A DNA stretch of 63,065 nt, the filler included, from Folioceros fuciformis (lineage: Eukaryota): assembly GCA_049999805.1 (NCBI GenBank). It is 5 parts of 5 records of this genome, joined end to end, with 100 filler letters (N's around TTAATTAATTAA, not from the genome) between each part and the next. Parts side by side here need not be neighbours in the genome. Positions count along the whole stretch, not along the records: positions 1 to 9,900 come from JBNGIO010001257.1; positions 10,001 to 28,043 come from JBNGIO010001258.1; 3 more parts are not named here. One strand, written 5' to 3'. The position numbers and the translations under genes were made by a program. How positions within the stretch are numbered: position 1 is the first letter of the stretch; the number at the start of each line of letters is the position of its first letter. The notes under the pieces are model-generated. The model had not been told where the DNA came from. It searched no databases and saw only the letters and a program-made list of their open reading frames with translations. Shown here piece by piece: positions 1 to 12,871 of the stretch.

Positions 1-2834
1 GGGCAGGGTCAAGGCGACAGTAGGGATTCGAAGCTGGAAAAGAAGCGGCACAAGAGGGAGAAGCGGCGGAGGAGGGAGAAGGAATTGTCGGATTCGAGTG
101 AGGAGGAGGAACCCCGGGACAGAAATTGTGGGCGGAAGACCAGAGATTCGAAGCAAGACGAAGAGCGAAGTCGCCCTAAGAAGAGCAGGAAGCACTCCAG
201 TAGAAGGCGAGACGGCGATCGGTGTTCTCCTCCAGCTGCCCCTGGGGAATCAGGCTGCAGTCCAGTAGAAGTCGTCACTGCTATCCTGCACAAGTTTGCC
301 AATGTCGGTCGCGATCTGAAAGTGGTAACATGCTCTCCCTGGCCTGAGCGCGCTGGAATGTGAGGTCTGTCGCTGTGCTTGACGCAATCTCTGCTGGTTG
401 CAGCTTCTTCAAACGGTGGATAACGGACAGGCCGTGGATGTCACTGGTTTGCCTAACAAGCCGCTGGTCAAGTTGTTAGAGAGGTTGTTTGTGTCCCTGG
501 AGCTCAACAAGCTGCGGGACGGAGTGTACTCTCGCCCGGAGAGGTCGCGTCCGACCATGGAGATTCTGGGATCGTGCTTCGGAGACCACGCAGAACGGGA
601 CACCGAGCGCATCCATGAACGGGCTGACTCAGAAGGCGACGAGGAGTCTCCTGAGGTGTATGGACCACAGTTGCCTACAACTTCTCAGACGAACGGTCCG
701 TCTCCCGTGGTTGTACCTGTTGAGGACATGCCCGAGAAAGAGACTGAAAGAAAACCTGGAGCCTCAGAATCTGGAGGTGAGGTCGCCCCAGAAAAGGCGG
801 TTCCGGATGTCAGGCGGAGGTGAGCAGTCATGGTAGGAGTTGGATTTTTTTTGTGGAGTCTGGGAAAACTTGCCTTTTTGTCTTAAGGTTTGAAGATTGT
901 CGGCTGAGGCATGCCTTTCGGTGCTTTGTGTTGTCCTGAAACCTGTTTATGGTGACATTTTGTAGGGTCATGGGACCAGCCATGCCTTCCGCTGACATGC
1001 TGACGGCTGCTGCTAAATTGACTGCTGCTCAGGCAGCTCTAAGGTCAGAGCCTCATCTATCATACTTTTGCAACAGTCTGAAATGTATGCCTTGTAGCTG
1101 ACCAGGGACGATGATTGCCTATGCAGGGAGGCAGAGGAAGAGCTGCTTCGTGATCCACTGGTTGGACCGGCTCCAGCTGCTGCTATAGCTGAGTCAGAAT
1201 CTGTAAATGAAGCTGAACGGTTTGAAGAGGTAGACACTTTGTTCTGCAAGTTCAGGGTTAGATTCTCACGTGGATCATTATGTAACCCCTGTCCTGTTGT
1301 GCTCAGGTGACTCGACTGATGTCTGCAGACGTGGGTGATGCGTATGATGTTCTTGGCGTAAAACCAGATGCTGTGGCTAGCATCTTGAAGAAAAGGTGGG
1401 CTGCTCACTGTTCGCTTAGGTCTTGAAGCAACGTGCATAACGGTCCTTGTCGTTGATGTTTCTGTTGTGTCGTTGCCTTCTCTGACAAGCACTGTGGCTT
1501 ATAGATACTGGAAGCTATCGCTCTTGGTACACCCGGACAAATGTGCACACCCTCAAGCTCAAGAGGCGTTTATGAAGGTCAACAGCGCTTTCAAAGATTT
1601 GCAAGATCCTGTGAAAGTAAGGCTTGCCTGGTTGATTCTTTCACGTTAGTTGCAAGGTGTTGGCAGGCTTCTGACAGCGTGCATGGGGGTTTTGCACTGT
1701 TTTCCTGTGGCAGCGGGCAAAGATTGACCAAATCGCTCTAGCAAAGCGCGAAAGAGAAGAGCAAGAGGTGACTGAATTTCGACACTTAGAAGTAATGAGA
1801 CCGAGACAGTTGCTCTTGAGCTTCATATTTATTTTTTGCATAATTCACTGTTGCAGACTGAACTTCGATTACAACGTGAAGCAGCCCACTGGCGTCGACT
1901 GAGAGGTCAGCCCCTCCTACTGATATCATATTGCCTGCGCTGTAGTACGAGATTGATTTGTCCTTGAGCTGATACTTCGAATTTCCTTGAACGTAAATTG
2001 CAGGAGAGTCACCACTTCCAGGTGACGAGGTGGTGTTGAAACAGGAACCATCCCGCGATGAATGGATGACCACTCTTCCTGATGTCAGACAGGTAAAATC
2101 TGCTGACAGCGTGGTTGGGTGAAAGCTTTTTTAGTTCAACAGCTGTGTGATGTGTACGATTGATGACCTCAAGTGTGTGCCCACTGTGGGTTACTTTCTT
2201 GAAGGTTGTTTGCAAGTGCCATAGTCTCCGAATAATGAACGTTGCTTGGGGTTTTCTGTGGTGCAGGCACACCATACGTACACCCAAACCACCTCTTTCA
2301 GCAGGTTTGATAAGAGTCGAGGTGATACAAGCGGTTGGACAGACACGCCTCTCCAAAAGGCCCAAAAAGCAAAGATGCAGTGAGTTTGTCTCAACTTTTT
2401 TGTGCCAGAAATGGTTTCGATAATTTGCCTCGGATTGAACACTCAATGCACTTCTTGACAGATATTTGGAAGCTTTCCAGCAGACTGCATCAGCAGTTGC
2501 AGAGGCAGCCGAGAAGACCAGGCAGCAAGCTCAGTCGACAGAAGTTGCAGACCTTGTGGACTCGTACAATCAAAGAAGCCGTCCAATATCTTTGCTTAAG
2601 AAGCATCAGCAAAGTCAAGCTGTTGAGAAGAAGGCCAAGAAGTCCAAAAGTGGAGTGAATACCAAGAGTAATAGTGATAAAGCATGGGTCGAGGATCATC
2701 CGTGGAAGCCATGGGACAGGGAAACTGATCTTAGCGCAGCCAGAAAAGCAGTCAACTTGGAGCGTTCCAAGCTGCAAACAGATTCCTTGCAGAACCGTTT
2801 TGGGAAAGGTGAAACAATGCGAAGTTTTCTATGA
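1..2834 (+). CDS. Multi-exon J-domain (DnaJ) protein with acidic/basic low-complexity N-terminus; 5'-truncated
   Basis: Frame is open from base 1. GT-AG-bounded exons encode a J-domain ([38 protein letters not shown] motif). Last exon ends [12 protein letters not shown]...RSFL* at 2834. Confidence 0.85.
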
Positions 2835-2893
2835 CAACGAGTGAGTATTCGCTAAGTACAAACGTTCACATGAGTAGACGACGCTGTCGTTTA

Positions 2894-5476
2894 CTACGGA
2901 GTCCAAACAAATTCGTATACACTCTTGCTAATAGCAGCGCTGACCACCTTGTCCTTGTTGCGGATAGGTAAACCCGTTAACATATCCTTCTGCGCAGCAA
3001 CGTTGCCTTCCTGCAATATTCAACGTCTGTTAGGGATCCTGCTCACATGGATTCACGTTCAAAGAAGACAAGTTTGGGGATGCTTACTAGGGCCGAGTAT
3101 CCTTGAACAAGGGCATAAAGTGTTGGATATTTTTCCACAATTGAGAGTGCCACGTCCTCTGTGACCAGTCTCACCTGAGAAGCCACTCAAAGGCTTAGAA
3201 AGAATATTGTTGCGAAGGTCTGAAAGAAAATGAAGGAATGCTACCTGTGTGAGCTGTACGGCAAAAACATCACTAACGCACTCTTTCTCCAGATCTTTGC
3301 AACGGTTGACGAATTCGCTGAAAGTCAGACATGCACTTGTGCCCGCTACAGTCTTCTTACTCTCCAGCTGGTGCCGTGCGGCTATAGCTGCTGTGAGATC
3401 ACCGTACCTCCTCATCGTTTCATGAACATCGCGGGTGCGCTGAACATCAAACCCATCAGCTAGTTCTGTCGAAAAAGCCCTGGACGAATGACGTACTTTA
3501 GTCAAGGCAAAAACAAGAACAGATACAGCTAGAAGTTGACATGGTGGTTTTAATGTGGCGTACGCAGTTTTAAGTGCTTCCGTAGCATCAGTTAGGTTTG
3601 GATCACCTTCAATGAGGTATATCAACCGCTTGATCCCACACCTCTGCAGATGTTCATTGGCTGGACAAGTCAGTCTGCTGAAAAAGGGACCCCTCAGCGT
3701 TGTCGTTGCTGAAAGATAATGTAAGAACCTGCAGTTGCAGCTTTTGATTCTTGTACCGATTGTCTTTGATGGATATCCACAAATCATCCACCCTTTTCCT
3801 CTCCACAATAAAGTCCAGCATATATTCGACATTAGATATCTTGTGCCGAGCTATCCATGCAGCATCTCCTATGGGTAGGTGTCTCACCTGCAAGAGTAGA
3901 ACAGGACTGCCAGTCCGAGATACGAAGAATTCATGACTGAAAGTCTCAATGTAAGCCAGGGACGGTAAATCTACCAGCACTTCGATATTGTACTGCACCA
4001 TCAACCGCTCTGAGAATTTCTTTGTACAGCTGACCCTGCAGAATTGACAGAGTGTCACAATGCCTAGGAATGCAGTAGTGCTCCAAAATGCGGAGAAGTT
4101 TTGACATGAAGGTTGAAATCATGAAAGGAAGAACGTACCTCTTCGCATCTCGAGCAAAGTGTTCACGGTCATCTAAAACAAGGAGCACATCGTACATGTC
4201 TTCGAAATTTTCGCCGACGCCTAATGGAGGGGTGGCTAGACTGTTGCGATCGACAGCAACTCCTGCTTGTCACATATCGAGATGAGTGCGTTGAACTTCT
4301 TTAAGATCGCAGGAAAGCAGCGAACATCTACAGCTATGACGGCAGATGAGAAGCACGGTTGGATTACATACCTGCTCTAGCACTGGGCGTGGAAGGGAGA
4401 TTCAGGGCTGGTGAGGAGAAAACAAGTGAGCTGGCAGAGTCCGCAGGCTCATCTGTAGGACAGGAAGTCTGAGGATGAGACACTTGTTGCCCTACATTGA
4501 GCCCAGATCTTCTCAAACATTCTTCCGCAACTTTTCTGCCTTCCACAGTGAGCTTGTACCTAGAAAGAGATGGTGTTAGGGCCTCGCGTGAGGGGGACGT
4601 GGGAAGTGAGACAGCGTGGGAAGAGAAGCACACCTGGCAGGGCAGTTTGACTTCACAACAAGAGCTTTGGAAATGAGTGTCTTCATGGAGCTCCAGCCGG
4701 AGTACCAGTCTCTAGTGGAGTCTCCAAACCGGCCTGTTGCCCCGGATCCCCTACCTGGCCTGCACCATCACAATCCTTCCAAATTAAGATGCGTATAGGC
4801 CAACGCAGAAGAGGACAACGTCGGCAGTAGCATAACTCACTCAATTGGCTTCGAAGACAGACCACTGAGGTCAGCCGCCTGAATGAGCTCTTGCTTTACC
4901 ATGAATTCCTTTTCCCCTAGCACTATACCCCTGAGACATCGGTGAAGCATTGGCCACAAGGCACCAGAGACGAAGCTCATCCTGCCAAACTACGATAGAG
5001 GCTAACCTGAAGAGCGTGATGAGGATGGCGTAGGGTGCCGAGTTCTTTTGAGGCAGATACGTCCTTGAAACCTTCGCTTGCCTGGCTGCAGGCTCAGAAG
5101 GCGGCGACTGTGGAGCAACGACGACGTCCTTGTAGAAATCCTCCTTCAAGATGTTGAGCAGCCAAGCTCCCATTCCCCTGCCCACCCGGCGTGTGAGCTG
5201 CGTGGGTGTAGGACTCGGAGTGGGAGTGGGAATGGCAGCGGCAGTAGCAGGCCAGGCAGCAGAACGTGCTCATTACCTGACCTTGCGCGCTTCCTGGAGG
5301 TTGCGGATGGGATGCTTGTGCTGGCAGACGCTCTTGTAAGCCTGGTTGACGACGGTGTCCAGTTTGGAGCCGGCATCATCCTCCCCCCTTTCCCCTCGCC
5401 GCAGCTGGTCCTTTCTGGCGCCCAGGAACTCCGCCAGCTCCACATTTTCCGGACAGACCACCCTGGAGGACGCCAT
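2894..5476 (-). CDS. MUS81: Crossover junction endonuclease MUS81 (multi-exon)
   Basis: N-terminal VVCPENVELAEFL...AYKSVCQHKHPI; winged-helix YLPQKNSAPYAILITL; ERCC4 nuclease motifs LVLDDRE, LPIGDAAWIAR, VERKRVDDLWISIKDNRY, YLIEGD; ends VYEFVWTP* (TAG at 2894-2896). Confidence 0.95.
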
Positions 5477-5512
5477 GCGTGCCTCCCCTTGCTTCGAACA
5501 TTACATAAAATG

Positions 5513-5521
5513 TTTCCCGCC
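5513..5521. promoter_or_regulatory. E2F-binding site TTTCCCGCC upstream of MUS81
   Basis: Exact match to the plant E2F consensus TTTCCCGC, 37 nt from the MUS81 ATG. Confidence 0.55.
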
Positions 5522-6204
5522 AAGCCAAGCCAAGCCAATCCAAGCCGTGCCGAGCCGAGTCGAGCAGAGCAGATCTCGGAGACTGTTAAGCACTACTCTT
5601 TTAGGGCTTCTACCATACAGGGTCGCATTCTTATGGGCTTTTTAGATCCATAATACAGCCCCTTGTTACCCCGTCCTACTTTGAAGGGCCGAGTGCATCA
5701 AATGGGTCCACTCCAAAAGCGAAAACTTCATAACAAAACATCACGCACGGGGGCCAGCATCAAGGAGAGGAATTTGAAGTTTGAAGTTTTAATAATATGA
5801 AGGGGAAAGGCATGGATGCTGGTACACAAATGTGGTGCATTGGGAGCAAGAGATTTGTTTACAAATGTGGTTGGTGGGGTATCGCAAATTTGCAGTAACC
5901 AACCCCAGGCTTGCAAGCCCAAGCCCGGGGAAGATGAACCCTAAACTAAACCCTTCGTGGCCTGGTGGGGTCAGGCGAGGCGAGAGGCAGGAGGACAGGG
6001 GGCACGGCAGCCTTAAAGCCGGCGTTGACGGAAACGACGTTGGCTGTGGAAAGCTAGAGTTGCTCGGCTCGGGCGAGCAGGGCGAGGAGACGGAGAGGTC
6101 CGGGGATCAGGAGCAGGGGAAGGGGAAGGAAGGGGGGCAGCAGGGGCAAGAGCAGGAGCAGGAGTCAGAGCCGGAGGAGGAGAAGGAGAAGGAATCTAGG
6201 CTCC

Positions 6205-7343
<1,139 letters not shown>

Positions 7344-7923
7344 TTCTCTCCAAGAGAATTCGGAGTGCACAGGGATTACGAGATTTGACATTTGAGTTGT
7401 GCTGCCGTATGTGCACATCCGCAAGCGTGATGAGGGATGCAACCGCACCTTCCTCACACCCAAGTTTTGCTCTCAGCTTGCTCACGCAGCAAGTCTTTTG
7501 GCTGACATTGAGAGGTTGCTTCGCAATCTAGTTTTGAAACAATTTGAGCAATTATCTGTCTACTGTGCATTGCGATAGTAGACAAAAAGATAGTTCCTAC
7601 TAAGGTTTACCCTTGCACCCAAGAAAAATTCATGACCTTCGTCCACACCCAATGGATGGGAGGAGAAGGATGCAATTGAACATCCTCTAACGGTACTCAG
7701 ATCGAATTTTCTTCGTTGTCGTCCACTCCAGTCCAAGGATCTGAGATAAGTGTGTCCACGTTAACTTAGCAACAGTTCGGCTACAATGATAAACTCATGC
7801 AACAGAAGGGTTTCCTTGAATTGAGTTTCAATTGACCACAGCTGCTAACAGAGTATCACCGTCGACCCACTTGTCCATCCCACACCTTAGAAGGAATACA
7901 CTATGCTTGCTTCTCATCTCAAG

Positions 7924-9900
7924 CTAACTATTCAGCGAAGACCCCGAGTCTTCTGTGACAGAGTTAGCAGGCCAACCTCCGATTTTCTGGAGAGATCTGT
8001 ATTGAAGTCGAACGCTCTCCCCGTTGTCCAACGTCTTCACCAAATACCTGATGAGAGAGATGCTGTCAGATTCGGAACGTGCTCCAAGTCTTCGTACCAA
8101 ATCAACGAAGAATCAAAAACAAAAAGGAACCCTAAAAATCCACTACCAGCCATTCAAGCATTGTGTGGTGATTATAGCCTCGCGACCGACGAATCTCCCA
8201 GGTGTTCTCTTGTTGCCCTGTCACCACTGAAAAATTCAACATGGATTTCCACTGGACCAGTACATCACAACAATGCAAAAAGTGTACCAAGCGTCATTTA
8301 CCTTGATGAGGACCCGGTCAGAAACAACGAAAGGGAACTGAACCCCTTTGGACTTGGCACTGTCTGAGGGGAGAGCGTCAACTTGGGAAGGAGGATCCTG
8401 AGACTGTTAAACGGTCAGCTTAAGGTTGCACATTCTTGCACGTCAGTTGGCTCGCACACTTCGATACACAAACTTCTCACCTGATCGAAATGTTCCCTTC
8501 GCCTTTTGCCCAGCCTTCCCGCGCTCAACTTCTGAGCTTCACTCTCACGCTTGAATGCCGATACAGCATCCCGCAAACCTTCAGCAGAGAGGCACACCCG
8601 TTCCAGTACAACAGTTAAACAAAAGGCATGCCAGCTATTTCTTGGAAGTCTTCAGACAAACAACCTACAGCAACAAAAATGTAAATCATCCTCATTGCGA
8701 TTCCTGTACGATCCATACTCCGCATGAGCCAACCACAACAAATAATGAGTTTCTCTTGCATAGAGGAACCCCAAGAAAAAAATCTTCCATTGGACACCTA
8801 ACTCCAATGGGCTCGAGAAAGAAAGTTATCTTACTATGGTTGGGAGCCATAGTCTCAGGACTGGTAGCAGCTCCACAAGTGAGGCACGCCCTCTGCAAAC
8901 AGTTAAGAATTTATTCCCAGAGAACAAAGTGGCAAATACCCGGCACCCACAAGAAGTGACAGACCGTGGCTCATAAGGCGAAGGATAGATTCCTGCCCCC
9001 GAAACCCAGCGGGGAACTTACGTTTCGCAGGACTTGCCGCAGCCCTCCGCAGCCAAACGTATGCCCACAGGACAATATGGTTGCATCCTCCATCAGCTGA
9101 CCCCTATCACAAAGCCAATATCATCTCAATACACGCAGACAAGATGGTGAGACACGACAACAGGACTACAGACGAGCAAGCAGCAGCCATTTGGCATTAA
9201 AGAGTGCTGTGTCTTACGTAGCCGAGTCGGACAAAACATGTCTTAAGGAGGGTTCCACAGCCTGCAGCTCCAAGACATTAGGACTTTTTTGAGCCAGATC
9301 ATTCACATGCTTCGCGTCTTTCCCCTTGTGAGAGTTGGCCCCAGATGAAGTGAGCAAAGAAGTATAATAATTGTCACTGTCCCCGTCTGTACACGAGCCT
9401 CGTAGACTGTCACGCGGAGAGCCTTGAGCAACTGCTTGATGCGACTCCCGCAATAAACCGGTCCCTGACCTCTCCAGGTAGCTCCCGCCCACACACTCTC
9501 TTGAGTCAGAGTCTCTTACCGCACGAGCCGTAGGGAATGAGGCACCAGTTGCTTCCCCACGGGCTCCAAGCTGAATTCCAGATAAATCCGATGACGAATA
9601 GGCCATGGGGTTACCAGCCGGTGCTGAGTTGGCGAGGTAAATGCCTAAGGGTTGACATACGGGCAGAGAAGCGTGCGTCCTCCCCTCCTCCAGGAGGGCT
9701 CTGTGAAAACCTTCTGTCACAGTTTCTCCCCTTCCATTCAATGGCACCGATCCCATCAATGGCACCTGGCTGCGTGGCTTGCGGGGCCCTGCCTCTCCTT
9801 CGTCTGCCTCCATCTCTGCCCCTTCATCTCCCTCTGCCCCTGCCCCTGCTCCTGCCCCAACTTTTACTCCTGCACCTGCCCCTGCACCACTCCTTCCATC
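7924..9900 (-). CDS. U-box protein, PUB62/63-like; 5'-truncated at linker
   Basis: Spliced U-box LRHVLSDSAT-GQLMEDATILSCGHTFGCGGL...RACLTCG...MAPN-LRDAVSAF, then KGVQFPFVVSDRVLIK-GNKRTPGRFVGREAIITTQCLNGW-YLVKTLDNGESVRLQYRSL. Stop at 7924. Confidence 0.88.
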
Positions 9901-10000
9901 NNNNNNNNNNNNNNNNNNNNNNNNNNNNNNNNNNNNNNNNNNNNTTAATTAATTAANNNNNNNNNNNNNNNNNNNNNNNNNNNNNNNNNNNNNNNNNNNN
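9901..10000. other. Artificial linker (N-run with TTAATTAATTAA six-frame stop)
   Basis: 100-nt spacer of the same design at four places in the window. Confidence 0.98.
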
Positions 10001-10074
10001 TAAATATGGTATACACTTGTATAGTACACTTACCCTTGGATGACCTCTGTATAAAGGCCTACATCCTCCGTTTC

Positions 10075-10689
10075 CTAACGAAGGATATAACAAATTGATG
10101 TATGTAGGCCTTGGTTTCCTAGCAAATTGAAAAGGTTGAAAGTGGAGCTGATAGCGTCGCGAATAACCGAGTTCCTGCCATCGTCTTGCATAGCAGATTC
10201 GTCCATGAGCAACTGTCGCTCCACCAGCGTCAGCAACAACCCCGGATCACGTCTCGAGATCTCCATCACAGTCCGCGACACAAACTCCGCTAGGTTCGGG
10301 CCTTCCATGGATGTGGGAGTCTTGAGCCGCAATACCTCCCGCAGACAGTGACTTTTGTCCATAGCATCTCCTCTAAGGATAAGGCGGATGTACTCGAACC
10401 GAATCCAGGAGCGTGGCGCGGTTTGGGTGTGGAAGTGGTGTCCCTTCCTTGCGGCATGCACCAAGAGAGCGATGAACTTGCTGCTGCACGTTCTCTCGTC
10501 ACCCAGCTCGCGGTCGAATGGATGCTGCCACGGCAGGCGAGAGTCATGATCCACATGGAACATGCTCTCCAGCAGGGTGAACTCCTTCCTGAAGCCACTT
10601 CTCGAGGCAATGCTTCCATGCTTCGTTGCGTCCGCCTGCTGCTGGATGCAGGTGTCTCGGTTTCCTTGAATCTTGGACCGTGACCACAA
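10075..10689 (-). CDS. Hypothetical protein exon (unrecognised; may belong to a larger gene or pseudogene extending to about 11400)
   Basis: 204-codon stop-free frame with globular-like composition; no recognisable motif. Confidence 0.3.
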   Translation of the reverse strand: MWSRSKIQGNRDTCIQQQADATKHGSIASRSGFRKEFTLLESMFHVDHDSRLPWQHPFDRELGDERTCSSKFIALLVHAARKGHHFHTQTAPRSWIRFEYIRLILRGDAMDKSHCLREVLRLKTPTSMEGPNLAEFVSRTVMEISRRDPGLLLTLVERQLLMDESAMQDDGRNSVIRDAISSTFNLFNLLGNQGLHTSICYILR

Positions 10690-12060
10690 TGGCCTGGCTC
10701 ACGCTCTAATTCCAGTGACTCTTATCAACGCTGGTGTGCAAGGGCCACGAGATGTGCCTGACAGCTGAAAGCTTCAGGTTGTGATCCATAGCAGGCTTCT
10801 AGGACAAGTCAGAGGAAGACGATGCAGACCGTGACAATACCGGATGTGAATCAATTCAAACGTCCGTTACGTAAGGCAACAATTCTGAATGACCAAGCCC
10901 GCGCTCCTAGCTTGTTGGAACAAAGTCATGGGTCAAACGAGAATGCCTCGCTGATGCGAGGTCACAGATTCAAGATTCAGTGGGGAATCTGCGATCTGGA
11001 CATTCAGACGCCGGAGTCGGTCCTCAGTGTCTGCATGTGCTGGCACTTCAAGTGGACTACCGCCCTGAATGCTCGGTCCATGTGCATGTGGTCGTGGGGT
11101 CCTCACATTTTCACAAGAAATCCAATTCCTCCCCGACAATGTAACTACAGGTCGAGGTGGGCCGGCTGTTCGTATGTCAACGAACTGGCAGACCCAAGTC
11201 AGAGGCCACTAGCCCCCCTGTTAGCATTGGCCGCGTGTTTGTGTTTATCTAGTGTCGACGCTATCCCTTACATCCTTCGGGTTCAATCTTCGACAGCTTC
11301 AACAGAAATCTCGGGGGTGCCACAGGTCGCAGCTGCGGCTGCAACATCGTGTCGGGATGCTTCAACCCTTCGTCCTATATAGAAGGCGTAGATCAAATGG
11401 CTGGACCTCAGGCACTGATAGTGCAGGTTATGGTCCGGTCATGGAGCTTGACCATGATCTTGTGAGTACCACGGTTGCTGAGGCTGCTTGTGAACCAGGA
11501 CGACTTGGAAATATACATCATCTGGCACGTTCTTCATTACTAGCTTTCGAGACTTCGCATGTGATCATAACACCAGCCTAGGACCAGAGATACATCACCA
11601 GAAAAAGCCCTAACCTAGCAAGCAATACAGTCCCCTAAGCCTCACTCTACGATCGATGGGACTCTTGAATCATTTTCAAGAATCATATTCCTATGTACAT
11701 GTGGCATATGGATTGTGAGTGCATGGAACTATTGCTTGCCCATAAGGTGTTGTTTTCAATTGCTTGTCTGTAAGGCGCTGCTTACTATTGCTTGTCCTGT
11801 AACGCGTTGCTTATTGTGTGAGGTGTGCCCCATGGCCCATTATCTTATATCTATTCATGGCTTGCTGTGATGTAGCAGTGGGTGCATGCAGCAACTGATG
11901 GAGCAACGCATTACTTAACGTGGGCAGTGTTGCCCAACAACAAACCTGCGGAAACAATCTATGATGCGTACACGGGGGCTGTGCAAAGGTTTGGCCAGAT
12001 TCCAGAATCTCTTGAATCATATTCTGGTCATCCTCTTGAATCACATTCTGGAATTCTGGT

Positions 12061-12131
12061 CATTGCCATTGAAATATGATTCCTTGCTTGAATTGCCATT
12101 GAAATATGATTCCTAGCTTGCATTGCCATTG
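12061..12131. repeat. 30-bp tandem repeat, about 2.3 copies
   Basis: attgccattgaaatatgattcctwgcttg repeated. Confidence 0.9.
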
Positions 12132-12148
12132 CATCCGGCTGCATTGTT

Positions 12149-12331
12149 GAGGGCCGCCTCTGTTGGAAGGCTGCCTCTGTTGGAGGGCTGCCTCTGTTGG
12201 AGGGCTGCCTCTGTTGGAGGGCTGCCTCTGTTGGAGGGCTGCCTATACTTGCCGCCTTCACTATCCCGGCTGCCTCTACCTACCACCTTCACTGTCCCCG
12301 GCTACCTCTACCTGCCACCTTCACTGTCCCC
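12149..12331. repeat. 17-bp minisatellite (about 6 copies) followed by a related ~32-bp unit (3 copies)
   Basis: gagggctgcctctgttg tandem, then ggctgcctctacctaccaccttcactgtcccc-like units. Confidence 0.92.
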
Positions 12332-12456
12332 TGCATCCAACGGCTGCATTGCTGTAGGGCTGCCTCTACCTACCACTATGTACCCTGCTCTCATCCCCCC
12401 AGGGTACACTATGCCAAGCCGAAATGGCCGCTTAGTAGCCAGGTTACGCTATGCAA

Positions 12457-12618
12457 AGGAGCCCTAAGCGGAGAGGCGTCCTTTTTCTCTCCGTCCTTAT
12501 TGCCTCTTATTAAGTTGCCAAGGAGCCCTAAGCGGAGAGGCGTCCTTATTGCCTCTTATTAAGTTGCCAAGGAGCCCTAAGCGGAGAAGCGTCCTTATTA
12601 TCTCTTATTAAGTTGGCA
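12457..12618. repeat. 49-bp tandem repeat, 3 copies
   Basis: aggagccctaagcggagaggcgtccttattgcctcttattaagttgcca; the first copy carries an internal insertion. Confidence 0.92.
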
Positions 12619-12871
12619 GACACCATGGGATTCTCTGTGAGAATTAGCTAGGGCTTGTGTTTGTTTGGCCAGAACGTGCTAGGATGTGCTGCTGCTTGGC
12701 TTTGTTATACTTCGTCCCTCGTGCGCAGTGAGGGTTGTGACACAACCGAACGGACAGAAGTGATGGACAGTCTGTTAGCGATGGTTCGCGAGAACTCAGT
12801 AGACCTCTGAAGAGGCTGTTAGTGGTAAGTGCATCAATTTCAGCTCTATGTCCAGGGAGTGTTACATGCGA

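Noticed and set aside
9945..9956. Recurrent palindrome TTAATTAATTAA as a biological motif
   Set aside because: It always sits inside N-runs at the same offset, so it is a synthetic six-frame stop linker.
10081..10088. ATATCCTT U12 donor-like motif on the minus strand
   Set aside because: No matching TCCTTAAC branch site before the fragment end, and the host gene is itself uncertain.
12149..12618. CRISPR-like repeat arrays
   Set aside because: Units are directly tandem with no unique spacers, there are no cas genes, and the context is eukaryotic.
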